DNA of 51,584 bases. Origin: Candidatus Woesebacteria bacterium GW2011_GWB1_38_8b (GTDB lineage Bacteria; Patescibacteriota; Microgenomatia; UBA8517). Position 1 is the first letter of the stretch. Each line of letters opens with the position of its first letter. The stretch spans positions 1 through 51,584 of the forward strand of contig LBVN01000018.1 of NCBI GenBank assembly GCA_000993115.1. The letters run 5' to 3'. The notes beneath the pieces were generated by a model. The model was not told the origin of the DNA and ran no database searches. It saw only the letters and a program-made list of their open reading frames with translations. Made by a program: the position numbers and the translations under genes. Shown here piece by piece: positions 10,598 to 21,411 of this stretch.

Positions 10598-11848
10598 TCA
10601 TCCGTTAAGATATTTTACTCTGAGTCTTTCCAAATAAAAAAACGTAAACAGGTTTAAGAGACAAAATCCAATCTCTACGTTTCGAGCGCTTAGTATATAT
10701 TTAAATAAATCCCCTCCCGGTACCCACCAAAAATGATAAAGGTTTATTGAAAATATAATTGTAGCTAATATCAAAACAAACGCAGTCCTTTTATATAGGC
10801 TACCAAGTATTACCAAAAGTATAAATGTTAAATAGAAATAACGCTCATGCATTCGTGTTAGAAACAAAAATGCCGAATAACTAATAAGTGAAGTGGTTAA
10901 AAGTTTTAACTCTAACTTCTTTTCTTTAAAAATAAGTACCGAATAGTAAATCCAAAACACCAAAGTAAATAGTGCTCCTAAATAAAAAGATTTTATGCCA
11001 AACCAAAGAGTCTGATCAGAAATCGTACCGAAACCGAAAATAATACCCCACAAATTAAAGGTATTACTTGTTACGTATCCCTGAATTTCCCGTATATTGT
11101 AAACATAAAAATTAATAATTTGTGACGGCACCGGCAATATCCCGAATGGTAGGCCAACAGCAAAAAGCAAAATAATTGAGAGTATTACTCCCTTAAATAA
11201 ATCTTTATTTACGCCGTCAACTAATGATGTTAAATAAATTGGCGCCAGTAAAACCGCTGTCGGTTTTATTAAAAAAGAAATTGTAAATAATAATATTGAC
11301 AAGGTAATTTTTTTATCAAAAAAAAGAAAATAAAATGAAACCAGCAATGGCAAAAGATATATGCTGTCTGTCTGTCCCCAAACGCTGCTTAAATACCAGG
11401 AAGGGGGTAAAAATAAAAACAACGATAATGCTATGGCCGCACTTTTATTGTCTCGTAATTTTAATACTGCCAAATAAATTAGATAGCCAATTGCTAAATC
11501 ACAAAATATTGGTAGTAATTTATTAAAGGCGATTCTTCCCCTGTTACTTTCATACCATAGATAAAATTGGGACGGGAATATTTTTACTTTAGTATTAATT
11601 CCCCACATCACATTTCGGCTCAACAGGTAAACAGAATTATTCGCGTAAATTGTTAGGAAGTATAGAGGAGGATAATTAGGGTCTCCTGCGTCGGGAATAT
11701 CGCGATCATAAAACCCTATGAGACCGTTTCTCTCTAAATCCTTAGCCCAATTGAGCTGATCAAATACGTCCTTGTGAAATACAACCGGAACAAAAATCAA
11801 ACGTAAAACAAAAGCGAGAATTAAAATTATAATTAGTTTCGTTTTCAC
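10598..11848 (-). CDS. GT-C membrane glycosyltransferase, tandem paralog of 9286-10596
   Basis: FHKDV, PNYPPL, KLLPIFCD, WGQTD, NTFNLW, RMHERY motifs. Confidence 0.75.
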   Translation of the reverse strand: MKTKLIIILILAFVLRLIFVPVVFHKDVFDQLNWAKDLERNGLIGFYDRDIPDAGDPNYPPLYFLTIYANNSVYLLSRNVMWGINTKVKIFPSQFYLWYESNRGRIAFNKLLPIFCDLAIGYLIYLAVLKLRDNKSAAIALSLFLFLPPSWYLSSVWGQTDSIYLLPLLVSFYFLFFDKKITLSILLFTISFLIKPTAVLLAPIYLTSLVDGVNKDLFKGVILSIILLFAVGLPFGILPVPSQIINFYVYNIREIQGYVTSNTFNLWGIIFGFGTISDQTLWFGIKSFYLGALFTLVFWIYYSVLIFKEKKLELKLLTTSLISYSAFLFLTRMHERYFYLTFILLVILGSLYKRTAFVLILATIIFSINLYHFWWVPGGDLFKYILSARNVEIGFCLLNLFTFFYLERLRVKYLNG

Positions 11849-11887
11849 TTATATTCTAAGATATCAATCGGATTACAATCAAAAACT

Positions 11888-11958
11888 TCACTATTTGCTT
11901 TTTTCAAAAAGATAAGCAGAGCTTGTCATTTTTCGCTTCGCTCAAAAAGATAATAAGC
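11888..11958 (+). repeat. Degenerate duplicate of the 3' end of the 11926 gene, overlapping a REP-like hairpin
   Basis: 11888-11917 (minus strand AYLFEKSK*) resembles 11926-11958 (AYYLFERSEK*); 11928-11950 ATTTTTCGCTTCGCTCAAAAAGA fits YTTCG-N5-CTCAR. Confidence 0.55.
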
Positions 11959-13684
11959 GGGCTCGCCAGAAGGGTAAGCAATTGCTTTAATTAAGTGAAG
12001 ACCTGCCGGTACTTTATTTGGCTCCATTATTAAATTAGTACCGACTTCTCTGTGCACTGCAATATACAGCGTTTTATCATCCAAAATCCTCGGTAGTGCA
12101 TAAAACCCTTCCTTTCCTACTTGACCGAAATAGTATTTGCCGGTGTGTTTAAGTGTTTCAAAACCGGCAATGTATTCGTCCTGCAAACCTTTTTGATAAA
12201 TTTCAGGAGGATACTGGTTCCATGCCAAGAAAAAGATCAGAGGCGGTTCATTGGCGTTTGAAATAATTATTTTGTCGTACTTGTCCTGCACCTCACGCAT
12301 TGCTTCAAATGTTTCTTTAAATCCTGAGTGCCACCACCTCTCACTATACCAGGGGTTATGGACCCAATAATTATGTTGATAAAAGGTAAAATTAATACTC
12401 ATAAGTACAAAAACGGTGAGTGCAAAAATATATTTCCAACGACCCGCTAAAACTTTATAAAAAACAACCAAACCGTACGATATTAAAAATATTAACGGTG
12501 GTAAAATTAAAATCAATCTCGTTGCATGAGTTCCTCCATCCCGTGTTATTGAAGCCGGAATTACTCCTAATAATATCCACAAAGCCATGACTGCAATAAT
12601 TCTTTTATTTTTATGAAGAAAGAAAAACAGACCAATTCCCAATAAAAGCCCGATTGCATCAGCTTTATACAACTGTCCCACTCCTTCAACAGAATGCCTA
12701 AGATTAATATCCCCTTTATTAAAAAGAAAATCAGATGAAAACGGAGCGAACATGTTATCAATTACTTTTTCACCCCAAAAAGTATATTTATTATGAGCCG
12801 CTCTAGCCATAGCTTTTTCAATAATTCCCCCGCCGTATTTTTGAACCATTTTCGCGTCATTAAGCCGCGCAAAACCTACGTCTCCTTCCATAGTCGGATC
12901 TGTAAAAACGCTCAAATAATTGAAACGCTGTGCTCCTCCTCCGAAAATTGTACTGTATGCAATCGGAATACCAAGAATAAGTCCTACAAGACATGTTTTT
13001 AATAAATCTTTTTTAGGTATTCGTATAATTTCTTTTCTGAAAAGAACTAAAAGCACGAGCATAAAGAGAGGCATAAATAATTTTGCGGTGCTATAAATCC
13101 AGGGGGTTAAAACAAAAAACGCAATAGCAATCCAAAGGTATTTACCACTGTCCTTTCGAAGTGACTTAAAAAAGAAATACAAACCGAAAAGTAGAAATGC
13201 CAGAAGCATTGTAACTTCAAATGCAGCCCGACTGTACTGTATATGCCACGGTGAAATTGTCAGCAGGAAAGCAGCAAGTAGTGCCCTGGGGTGATTTTTT
13301 TGATATTCGACTCCGTAACTTAAAATTTCTTTTACAGCCAAATACATCGCCCAAACCCCAAGTACACCAAAGATCATTGCGGGTAAGCGTACGCCAAGAG
13401 GACTTATTCCAAAAATCGCGACTGTGGGGACTTATTCCAAAAATCGCGACTGTGGGGACGGAAGAATATAAATACAAAGGAGTCCTCCACTCTGCAAGTG
13501 AATGAAAATGCATAGGCCAAGAATTTCCCGAATAATCTTTACCTGTTTTTAAAATCGAGTAAGCCTGATACCCAACGTCCAATTCGTCTCCAAAAAGTGA
13601 AACCGGCACTTCATTTATTTTCCAAAAACGAAGAAATGAAGCTAAAAGAAGTATTACTATTAATATTTTTTTGTTTTTATCCAT
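11926..13684 (-). pseudogene. PMT/ArnT-like GT-C glycosyltransferase split by a 28-bp tandem duplication
   Basis: ORF 13217-13684 carries FGDELDVGYQAYSILKTG...VAIFGISP; the frame resumes as LGVRLPAMIFG into ORF 11926-13377; removing one 28-bp copy restores the frame. Confidence 0.9.
13401..13456 (+). repeat. 28-bp perfect tandem duplication
   Basis: GACTTATTCCAAAAATCGCGACTGTGGG at 13401-13428 and 13429-13456. Confidence 0.97.
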
Positions 13685-13712
13685 AATTAATTTTCTAAAC
13701 CATTATAGTCTC

Positions 13713-13756
13713 TGACAATATGTTGTCATACTATTAATATAAAGTAACTACTTTAT
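13713..13756. promoter_or_regulatory. Two adjacent inverted repeats in an intergenic gap (operator or terminator candidates)
   Basis: TGACAA-TATG-TTGTCA (13713-13728) and ATAAAGTA-AC-TACTTTAT (13739-13756); minus-strand TATAAT at 13702-13707. Confidence 0.4.
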
Positions 13757-13763
13757 TGGTGTA

Positions 13764-14606
13764 CTAGTTGCGTACATTGTACCAATCTTTTCCCTTAAGA
13801 AACCTAACTATTTTTTGTAACTTTGTTGTAGTCCAGATTATAAAAGTAATTGCAGAGTGGTTTACCAAACCATGGTAAATTTTACTTGAAGTAATCAATC
13901 GCCTCCATTGATTTTGACCATCTGCGATGTTTTTTCCACTTTCACCATGATAGTGTATGACTCGAGAGTTAGGTAAATAAAATACTTTTAGTCCGTTTTT
14001 CCAAACACGCCTACAATAATCCAAATCCTCGTAATACATAAAATAACGCTCATCAAAAAATCCAATTTTTTCTAATGCCTTGGGTGTAATTAAAAAACTT
14101 GCTCCTACCACTGCATCCACCACTTGAGGGTTCTCACCGGATGGTGCATATTTATCTAAAATATTTTTATGTCCCAACCAAAATTGCTCTATCGTACGAA
14201 TAAGAGTCGGAAATCTAAAACACGAAGCTTGAACACTCCCATCCTTATTTAAAAGCTGTGAACCTATAACTCCTTCATCGGGATTACTTTCAGCAAAATC
14301 CAACAGCAAATCAATTGCGCCTTCTTTTACTAAAGTGTCGGAATTCAATATTAGTTTATATTTTCCCCCAGCTTTTTTTATTCCTAAATTACAAGCTTTT
14401 GAAAAACCAAGATTTTCTTTATTTTCAATAACGATAGTGTCCTTGTGGAAATTATTTTTTAAAGCCTTTACGCTACCGTCAGTTGAAGCATTATCAATTA
14501 CAATAATTTCAAAGCTTGATTTCGGTCTACTTTTTTTAATTGATGCGACACAATCAAGTACTAATTTTTTAGTGTTGAAGTTCGGTATTATTATCGAAAC
14601 ATCCAT
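13764..14606 (-). CDS. GT2 glycosyltransferase (WbbL/rhamnosyltransferase-like)
   Basis: SIIIPNFN, DNASTDGS, NLGFSKACN, LNSD, YEDLDYC motifs; start at MDVSII. Confidence 0.9.
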   Translation of the reverse strand: MDVSIIIPNFNTKKLVLDCVASIKKSRPKSSFEIIVIDNASTDGSVKALKNNFHKDTIVIENKENLGFSKACNLGIKKAGGKYKLILNSDTLVKEGAIDLLLDFAESNPDEGVIGSQLLNKDGSVQASCFRFPTLIRTIEQFWLGHKNILDKYAPSGENPQVVDAVVGASFLITPKALEKIGFFDERYFMYYEDLDYCRRVWKNGLKVFYLPNSRVIHYHGESGKNIADGQNQWRRLITSSKIYHGLVNHSAITFIIWTTTKLQKIVRFLKGKDWYNVRN

Positions 14607-14619
14607 AAAACAAAAGTTA

Positions 14620-15513
14620 CTATGAAAAGCTAGAAAATATTGCTTCGTCAGAGATTTTACTCTCTTTAACTTCCTTCCTCCTTCTTTTAAGTACAATGGG
14701 AAGTTTGTAAATTCCCATTACCAAAATTAGTATATAACCGGGGTGTTTTATTATTCTCTTTACCAAACCAATTAAATGTTTGCGCATATATACTTTTGAA
14801 GTTAAATTTTTCCAAATAAATAAAAGTTGGTTTCTTTCCAAAATCCGTTCTTTGTATTTTTTTGAAATTTTACTTGTTGTTGATTCATGAATATGTGTAA
14901 CGTGTGACTGTGGATTCCAAAGGATTATAAACCCCCGCTTTTGTGCCCGGTATGAAAGATCTAAATCCTCCCAATAATAAGGACTCAAAAGTTGTTCGTC
15001 AAAACTCCCCAACTCCAAAAATACTTTTCGCCGCATTATGCAGCTTCCCCCGTTTGCCCAAAATGTTTTTACTACATTTTGCGTTTCTTTTTGTCCAATG
15101 TGAACAACAAAACCGTCCATAAATTTTCCGTGACTTCCTCCATACCCTTTTTCATGAAATGATACTGCAAACACCTCTTTTTGTTCAAAAAGTTTCAATG
15201 AGGATTCTATAAAGTCTATATCAACCGAGACGTCGTTATTTAAAAGAGAAATGAATTCTCCTTTAGCCATTCTTACTCCTGTATTGATGGCTGAAGAAAA
15301 ACCACGGTTCACTGTATGTTTGATTGTCCGTATTTTGGGAAAATTCTTTTTTAGATAATCTATGGTTTTGTCCGTTGAACCATCATCAATCACTATTACT
15401 TCCAGGATATTATTCTTTGAATTTTCACAAGCACTCAAAATACTACCCAAATATTTTTCTAACAACTCTTTCCCGTTAAATGTCGGGATTAATATTGATA
15501 CTTTTTCGTTCAT
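14620..15513 (-). CDS. GT2 glycosyltransferase
   Basis: SILIPTFNG, DDGSTD, NRGFSSAIN, LLNND, WEDLDLS motifs; start at MNEKVS. Confidence 0.9.
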   Translation of the reverse strand: MNEKVSILIPTFNGKELLEKYLGSILSACENSKNNILEVIVIDDGSTDKTIDYLKKNFPKIRTIKHTVNRGFSSAINTGVRMAKGEFISLLNNDVSVDIDFIESSLKLFEQKEVFAVSFHEKGYGGSHGKFMDGFVVHIGQKETQNVVKTFWANGGSCIMRRKVFLELGSFDEQLLSPYYWEDLDLSYRAQKRGFIILWNPQSHVTHIHESTTSKISKKYKERILERNQLLFIWKNLTSKVYMRKHLIGLVKRIIKHPGYILILVMGIYKLPIVLKRRRKEVKESKISDEAIFSSFS

Positions 15514-17906
15514 ATACCCATAATCCAATCAGTAAGCTAACGGTAATTATACAGGACACTATACCTATTTTATACGACATTGATTTGTATTGAAAACTAA
15601 CTAAATGTTCACCTTTTGGGATAAAAATTGATTGAAATAAATAGTTTGCGACAAATATTTCGGAATCTTTTCCATCAACGTAAGCCTTCCAACCTGGATA
15701 ATATGATTCGGATAAAAACAAAAGCGAATCTTCATCCGAAGACGTATTAAATTTAATTTCATTATATCCTTTAACAATTTCTGTAACGCTGTACTTGGGG
15801 TTATTTTTCCCCAAGATTTCACGAGGTGTTTTATTAAGCAGCAGTATTGGATAATCGGACTTGATCATTTTATTTACCGAATCATTAATATTTTCAGCTA
15901 CAAAATAATTATTTGTTAACCAAACATAAGGAAGAGCTTTCTTGTTTTCAAATATAGTTATTTCACCTTCTCTAAATACTTCGAGGTATCGCAGGGAATC
16001 AACGCCCTTGTAGAAATCTCCCTTACTATTTATTTGACCATGAATGTCTTTTTTATAATCAACAATGTATTTAACAGCCGCATAGTTAATCGCTGACGAT
16101 TCAAAATAGTGTATTATCCCGTATCTTCCACCTAAATTATCAGTGTTACCCCAATCAACAATCGAATACCACCTCGAGTTTTTTTCAGGATATAACGGAT
16201 CATATCCTTCCGCCGAATACAGCTTGTAAGGCATAAACAAATTAGTTGGAATTCCGCCTGCAATTCGTGAAGTTCCGCTATTGTTACTTAAATAGTTGGT
16301 TATTTCTGTCTCGGGAAACAAGAACTTTATCGGTCCAAAAGCTGTATTTTTCCAGGCAAATCTTAGAATATCGGCAAGAGATAAAAGCATCATCAATACA
16401 ACCGTAAGGTAAAGGAAATAATTTTCGATCTTTCTACCTCCAAATACCAATTTAGCTTTGTAAAACACTGTTAAAACACACAAAAAGAATATCAATAAAA
16501 CTGTTTGAGGAATCATGTTTCGAAAAGAAACACTTAAGTTAGATATTGTTGGATAAGTAAAGTTTGTATATTGACTATTAAGCATTATCAATCTCAATAA
16601 CCCCATACTTATACAGCACAGTACCGTTATTAAAAATGTAATTTTTAATAACTTAGTGTCTTTTGATTTCAACCATTTGTCTATCCCATAAGCAGTTAGC
16701 GCTGCCAAACTAAAATCAACTAAATAAATAATCCTGCTTGCAGAACTTGTACTTAATCCGGGAATTTGTAATTTATAAGGTAATAGGCCAAAAGGAGTCG
16801 GAAATAAAAATATTAAACTTATAAATAACAGGAACCAAAAAAATTTCTCTAATATTGCTTTTTTAACAATAAACGAATAAAAAACATAAACTAAGGGAAT
16901 TATTCCCACGTAACTTATATATTCGTGAAAACCATATTTACCCCAATAATTTCTGGTAACAATATTTCCGAAGAAATCAGGCCAAATAAAATTTGTTATT
17001 TTTTCCCAACCCATCAAACCATAAAAATATTCTTTTATATATGGGTCATACTGTCTAACAGATTAGATATATCAAGTTCTTCAAGCTTTCTTTTTTTTGT
17101 TTTATTTCGAAGTAAATCAAATAAGCTCCAAACAATAAATAAGTAATACTTATAAACAGTGGGACTTGAAAATCTCCCGCAGTAAAAATCATAAAATATG
17201 TGGCGACTACTGCAATAACGTAAATTGCTTTTTTTTCTAAAAGCATTTTTCTTTCAAAATATAACAAAAGTGGTAACCAAAGTCCTGCATGACCACCTGT
17301 CGCAAATTCGAGCCAAGCAACCATATATCCTGAAAAAGCAAAAGTTATTCCACCCATAAGTGAGGCTATATTTCTTAAATTTAGACTTCTAAGAAAGACG
17401 TACATAAAAATCCCGGAAAGAAGTATTTGCGAGAAAACCAGGCTACTCCAGGCAATATAGTCATTAAAAAATACGTAAAGCAAATTCAGAGGATAGAGAG
17501 CAGCGGAATGAAGTGTAGCTAAAAAAGGAGTTCCATTAAACATGTATGGATTCCACAATGGGACTTTTCCAGCTCTCCAAAATTCACCGACCAACTTTCG
17601 CCATGGGTAAAACTGGGATATTGCGTCTGTAATTTCCTGATTTTTAATCGGTACTCCAGCTGGATAACCTTTCCATTTAACTTCAGACCATGGTATGTGA
17701 GCCCCGACCAAAGCATCTGTCGGTAGAGGTATTTTGTTTTCTAAAAATACGGGGTAAAAAAATAAGAGTGAAATTAGAATAAATATAAAGATCGGCCAAT
17801 ATTTTTTAAAGAATTGAAACAATCTTTTTTTCAAACTGAAGTAAACTGAACTTTTGACAGTCTTCGATTGTTTTTTCTGATAATTTTTGAAGTTTTTCTT
17901 TGTCAT
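15476..17906 (-). pseudogene. YfhO-like (GT-C) membrane protein split into two frames near 17060, probably by an internal deletion
   Basis: ORF 17055-17906 (PLWNPYMFNGTPFLA) ends ...LKNLIYLIC*; the other frame opens SVRQYDPY...PDFFGN and runs to a YfhO-type C-terminus (LSESYYPGWKAYVDG); true start uncertain. Confidence 0.75.
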
Positions 17907-18831
17907 TTATTAGCTCTACTGTTTTTTTAACAAGTTCATTTGTATTATGCCACAAATAACCGTTCACTTCATTTTGGATAGTTTCTTTATGGCCTCCTGC
18001 ATTATAGACAAGTGGAACACACCCACCGGCCATAGACTCAACTGTACTGATTCCAAAATGTTCAACTTTCATAGGATCTTTTAATTCATCTATTTCAAAA
18101 CCGCTTGCCGACCAAAATAATTTTGATTTTCCATACAGACTATAAAGTGTTTTTACATCCGGGCTCTCAATAATTTCAATGTTTAAATCTTTAATCATAT
18201 TTTTTAAGCTTTTAATATATTCATGCGCGCCAACTTCAGTTCCTCCAGCCAATATTAATTTCCAATTTTTGATTCCCTTTTTAACAAGTTTTTGAAATGC
18301 ACTTATCAAAACGTCCTGTCTTTTTGCCTGAGTGAGTTGAGAAAATCTTCCGACCGACAAAATAACATTCTGTTTATTAAGAGTTCTGATTTTATCGACA
18401 TCTACAGGCGGATAAATTACCTCGGAGTTAACACCATACTCTTTATCTATGAAATTTTTTGTAAACAAACTGTTAACAACAATATGGTTTATTCTATAAA
18501 GCTTCATTTTGTTTAGTAGGCTTCTTCCGGATACATTCTGGAAAGGAAATTGAAAATGTAAAATATTATTTCGCGAATGAAGAATCGGAATGCTGCCATC
18601 CGATACCCAAAAACACAAGTCATATCCTTCACCTTTTTTTATATCGTCAATTGTATTTAGTCCGTTTAACGTTATACCGAATCTTTTCTCAAATTTATCT
18701 AAAATTGATGAGTCCTTCCAAAATATGTTCACGTCAAAACCGTTATTAAGTAAGACTTTCGCAAAAGACAAAGTGTATCGTTCTCCTCCACCCAATGTAT
18801 CCAAATATGGATTGTAAATAGCCGCTCTCAT
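17806..18831 (-). CDS. GT4 family glycosyltransferase
   Basis: LGGGERY, YPPVD, ILSVGRF, EHFGISTVESMAGG (EX7E) motifs; start overlaps the upstream stop (TAATG). Confidence 0.92.
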   Translation of the reverse strand: MRAAIYNPYLDTLGGGERYTLSFAKVLLNNGFDVNIFWKDSSILDKFEKRFGITLNGLNTIDDIKKGEGYDLCFWVSDGSIPILHSRNNILHFQFPFQNVSGRSLLNKMKLYRINHIVVNSLFTKNFIDKEYGVNSEVIYPPVDVDKIRTLNKQNVILSVGRFSQLTQAKRQDVLISAFQKLVKKGIKNWKLILAGGTEVGAHEYIKSLKNMIKDLNIEIIESPDVKTLYSLYGKSKLFWSASGFEIDELKDPMKVEHFGISTVESMAGGCVPLVYNAGGHKETIQNEVNGYLWHNTNELVKKTVELINDKEKLQKLSEKTIEDCQKFSLLQFEKKIVSIL

Positions 18832-19598
18832 TATATTTTTAATTTGTTTTCCTGCATTTCCCAAAGTTTAGCGTAAGATATAGACTTAGAATACATTTGA
18901 TAGATAGAATAAATTATACCCTCCTGTCCGTCTAAATAACCTTTTTCGACGAACAGTCTTTTCCAAAGTTCCCTACTCATCGCAGTAATAAATCGTACGG
19001 TATTCATCTTAGGATGATTTGCCTTAAACATTAATTGTGCCTCAACTGCAGACCATGTATTAGTTTTTTCCAACATATCAGTTAAATTATTGTGTTTTAA
19101 ATGTATTAGCGGATTTTCTAAATATCCTAATTTACCGAGGTATATTGGTTCTTCATGCAAATCCCCAGTCCATTTTTTCAAATGATTTTTTTTATAAAGT
19201 CTTTTAACGTAATCCGGCCACCAGCCACCGTGTTTCATTAACCTACCCAAAATAATATTTTGCCGAGGGATTACAAATAATGAATACTTTGTTTCCGAGT
19301 TGATTACTTCTAAAATTTCATTTTTCAATTTGTCGGAACATCTTTCATCGCAATCAATATAAATAATCCAGTCAGTTTTTGCTTTTTCCAAACCTAAATT
19401 ACGCCAATCTGAATAATTACCTCCTTTAGTTTTGTAAATAGTATTCGTAAATTTTTCTGCAATCTTAACAGTTTTGTCAGTTGAATCGGTGTCTACAACA
19501 ACAATTTCATCACACCACGTAACCGACTTTAAACAATCGTCTATATTTTTCTCTTCATTTTTTGCAATTATTACCGCGCTTATCGTTTTTTTATTCAT
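18831..19598 (-). CDS. GT2 glycosyltransferase (KdtX-like)
   Basis: AKNEEKNI, DTDSTDKT, YIDCDER, GGWWPDY, LHE motifs. Confidence 0.9.
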   Translation of the reverse strand: MNKKTISAVIIAKNEEKNIDDCLKSVTWCDEIVVVDTDSTDKTVKIAEKFTNTIYKTKGGNYSDWRNLGLEKAKTDWIIYIDCDERCSDKLKNEILEVINSETKYSLFVIPRQNIILGRLMKHGGWWPDYVKRLYKKNHLKKWTGDLHEEPIYLGKLGYLENPLIHLKHNNLTDMLEKTNTWSAVEAQLMFKANHPKMNTVRFITAMSRELWKRLFVEKGYLDGQEGIIYSIYQMYSKSISYAKLWEMQENKLKI

Positions 19599-19600
19599 TA

Positions 19601-20512
19601 TTACCAACTTCCTTTTCCAAACCTGAACAAATAAAAATCTCTAATCCCCATACGCTGCCATTTACGTCCACCACTTAAGAGTTTTACGCTTTCTTTAACT
19701 AATGCCGCCTTTGTCCTAATACTGGCATACTTTAACCCAAACAGCATTCTGTTTCTCGAAATGTAATAATCATTTAATTCGCTACCAATTCGACTACTTT
19801 GTGATACTTTATGCCATAATCGTGCCTCTGGAATATAAACGACTTCAAATCCGTTTTTTTTCATCCGAATAGATAAGTCTGCATCTTCCAAGTACATATA
19901 ATATTTCTCATCAAACATTCCTGTTTTTTTAATGGCATCACTTTTAATAAACATTGCAGCTCCGGTTGCAAAATCTACCGGCTGCTGTGTATTGTATTGT
20001 CCGCGATCAGGCTCATCAACACCAATATTTTTCCCGTAAACATTATCCCAATCGATTTCTCCTCCCGCGTACCACAATATTTTCCCCGTTTCTTCTTTTT
20101 TGTAATTATTTTTATGAAATTCAAAACCTTTAGCAAAATATATCTTCGGAGTAAGAATTCCGGCTTGCGGATGTTCCAAACTCGCCTTTAGAAGATTCTC
20201 AATTAAATCTTCGTGGACTACAGTATCGTTATTTAATATAAAAATGTATTTTGAATCGTGGTTTAGGGCATGTTTAATACCAACGTTATTGCCTGCCGCA
20301 AACCCCAAATTTTTTCCGGTAGGAATTACTTCATAAGAAAAACCGTTGGTTTTGATTTTTTTTAGTTCCTCTTCAGAACCATCAGTTGAACCGTTGTCGA
20401 CAACAATTATTTCGATTTCGTCCTTTTTTAAATTTGATTTAAGAAGTGAATCTACACACTCTTTTGTATCTCCTTTTCTATTCCAGTTTAAAATAACTAC
20501 AGATAATTTCAT
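19601..20512 (-). CDS. GT2 glycosyltransferase
   Basis: VILNWN, DNGSTDGS, NLGFAAGNN, LNND, LEDADLS motifs; start at MKLSVV. Confidence 0.9.
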   Translation of the reverse strand: MKLSVVILNWNRKGDTKECVDSLLKSNLKKDEIEIIVVDNGSTDGSEEELKKIKTNGFSYEVIPTGKNLGFAAGNNVGIKHALNHDSKYIFILNNDTVVHEDLIENLLKASLEHPQAGILTPKIYFAKGFEFHKNNYKKEETGKILWYAGGEIDWDNVYGKNIGVDEPDRGQYNTQQPVDFATGAAMFIKSDAIKKTGMFDEKYYMYLEDADLSIRMKKNGFEVVYIPEARLWHKVSQSSRIGSELNDYYISRNRMLFGLKYASIRTKAALVKESVKLLSGGRKWQRMGIRDFYLFRFGKGSW

Positions 20513-20517
20513 AAAAA

Positions 20518-21408
20518 CTACACCTTCAATTTTCGCCTTATTCGATAAACCAGTCCGCCATTTTCCTTTACCATTGAGTCTGCCTCCCAAAAGTGAAAAT
20601 CTTTTTCAATAATTTTCAAAGTTGTAAGAACATTCGAAAGTGGAGTGTTTTGTTTTTCAAATTTATTTATCTCCCAAATCTTTAAAAATACTATTAACTC
20701 ACTGAACCCCTGAAGAAGAGATAAAGCTAACCCATGTGCTCCATCTTTGTATCCCTGACCTAAAAAGTACCTGCTTAAAAATTCATTTGAAGGTTTTATC
20801 AATAAATCTTTCCACGAAAATTTTTCTCCTTTTTTCACCCGCTCAGCCGATTGAGCATTCGTATAGCGGTTCAGACGTTCCAAATACTGCGAAATGGAAT
20901 CATAATGGTGATGAATTATTGCATTATCTTCCCTTTCGTCGACATCCGCTCCTCGTCCGGTAGTAATCGGAACCGAATGTATCATTTCGCTCCATTCAAC
21001 TGACCCTTTCTTAAAAAATCGGATATTATAGTCCGGCCACCACCGTGAGTATTTAAGCCACTTATTAAAAACAATATTTTTACGAGGAATTCGAAAATAA
21101 TCCGCAGTATTATTTTTTACTTCTTCTTTAAGTTTTACCGAAAGTGAGGGACACAACTGCTCATCAGGGTCCAGAATCAAAATCCAATCTCCACTGGCTT
21201 TCGAAATTCCAAAATTCCTAGCCAATTCGACATAATCCATCCGTTTATGTGTAAATACTTTTGCACCCAAGTCTTTAGCTATCTCAACGCTCCTGTCATC
21301 CGACTCCATATCGATGACAACTATCTCGTCTGCAAACTTCTTAACCGATGAAATTGCATCAGCTAAACGCGCACTCTCATTTAATGTGTTAATTACTACC
21401 GAAATCAT
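20518..21408 (-). CDS. GT2 glycosyltransferase (KdtX-like)
   Basis: NTLNES, DMESDD, LDPDE, WWPDY motifs. Confidence 0.9.
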   Translation of the reverse strand: MISVVINTLNESARLADAISSVKKFADEIVVIDMESDDRSVEIAKDLGAKVFTHKRMDYVELARNFGISKASGDWILILDPDEQLCPSLSVKLKEEVKNNTADYFRIPRKNIVFNKWLKYSRWWPDYNIRFFKKGSVEWSEMIHSVPITTGRGADVDEREDNAIIHHHYDSISQYLERLNRYTNAQSAERVKKGEKFSWKDLLIKPSNEFLSRYFLGQGYKDGAHGLALSLLQGFSELIVFLKIWEINKFEKQNTPLSNVLTTLKIIEKDFHFWEADSMVKENGGLVYRIRRKLKV

Positions 21409-21411
21409 TTT

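Noticed and set aside
13377-13684. Programmed ribosomal frameshifting to explain the split GT-C genes
   Set aside because: No slippery heptamer or stimulatory structure at the junctions; tandem duplications explain the breaks at 3948 and 13401 exactly
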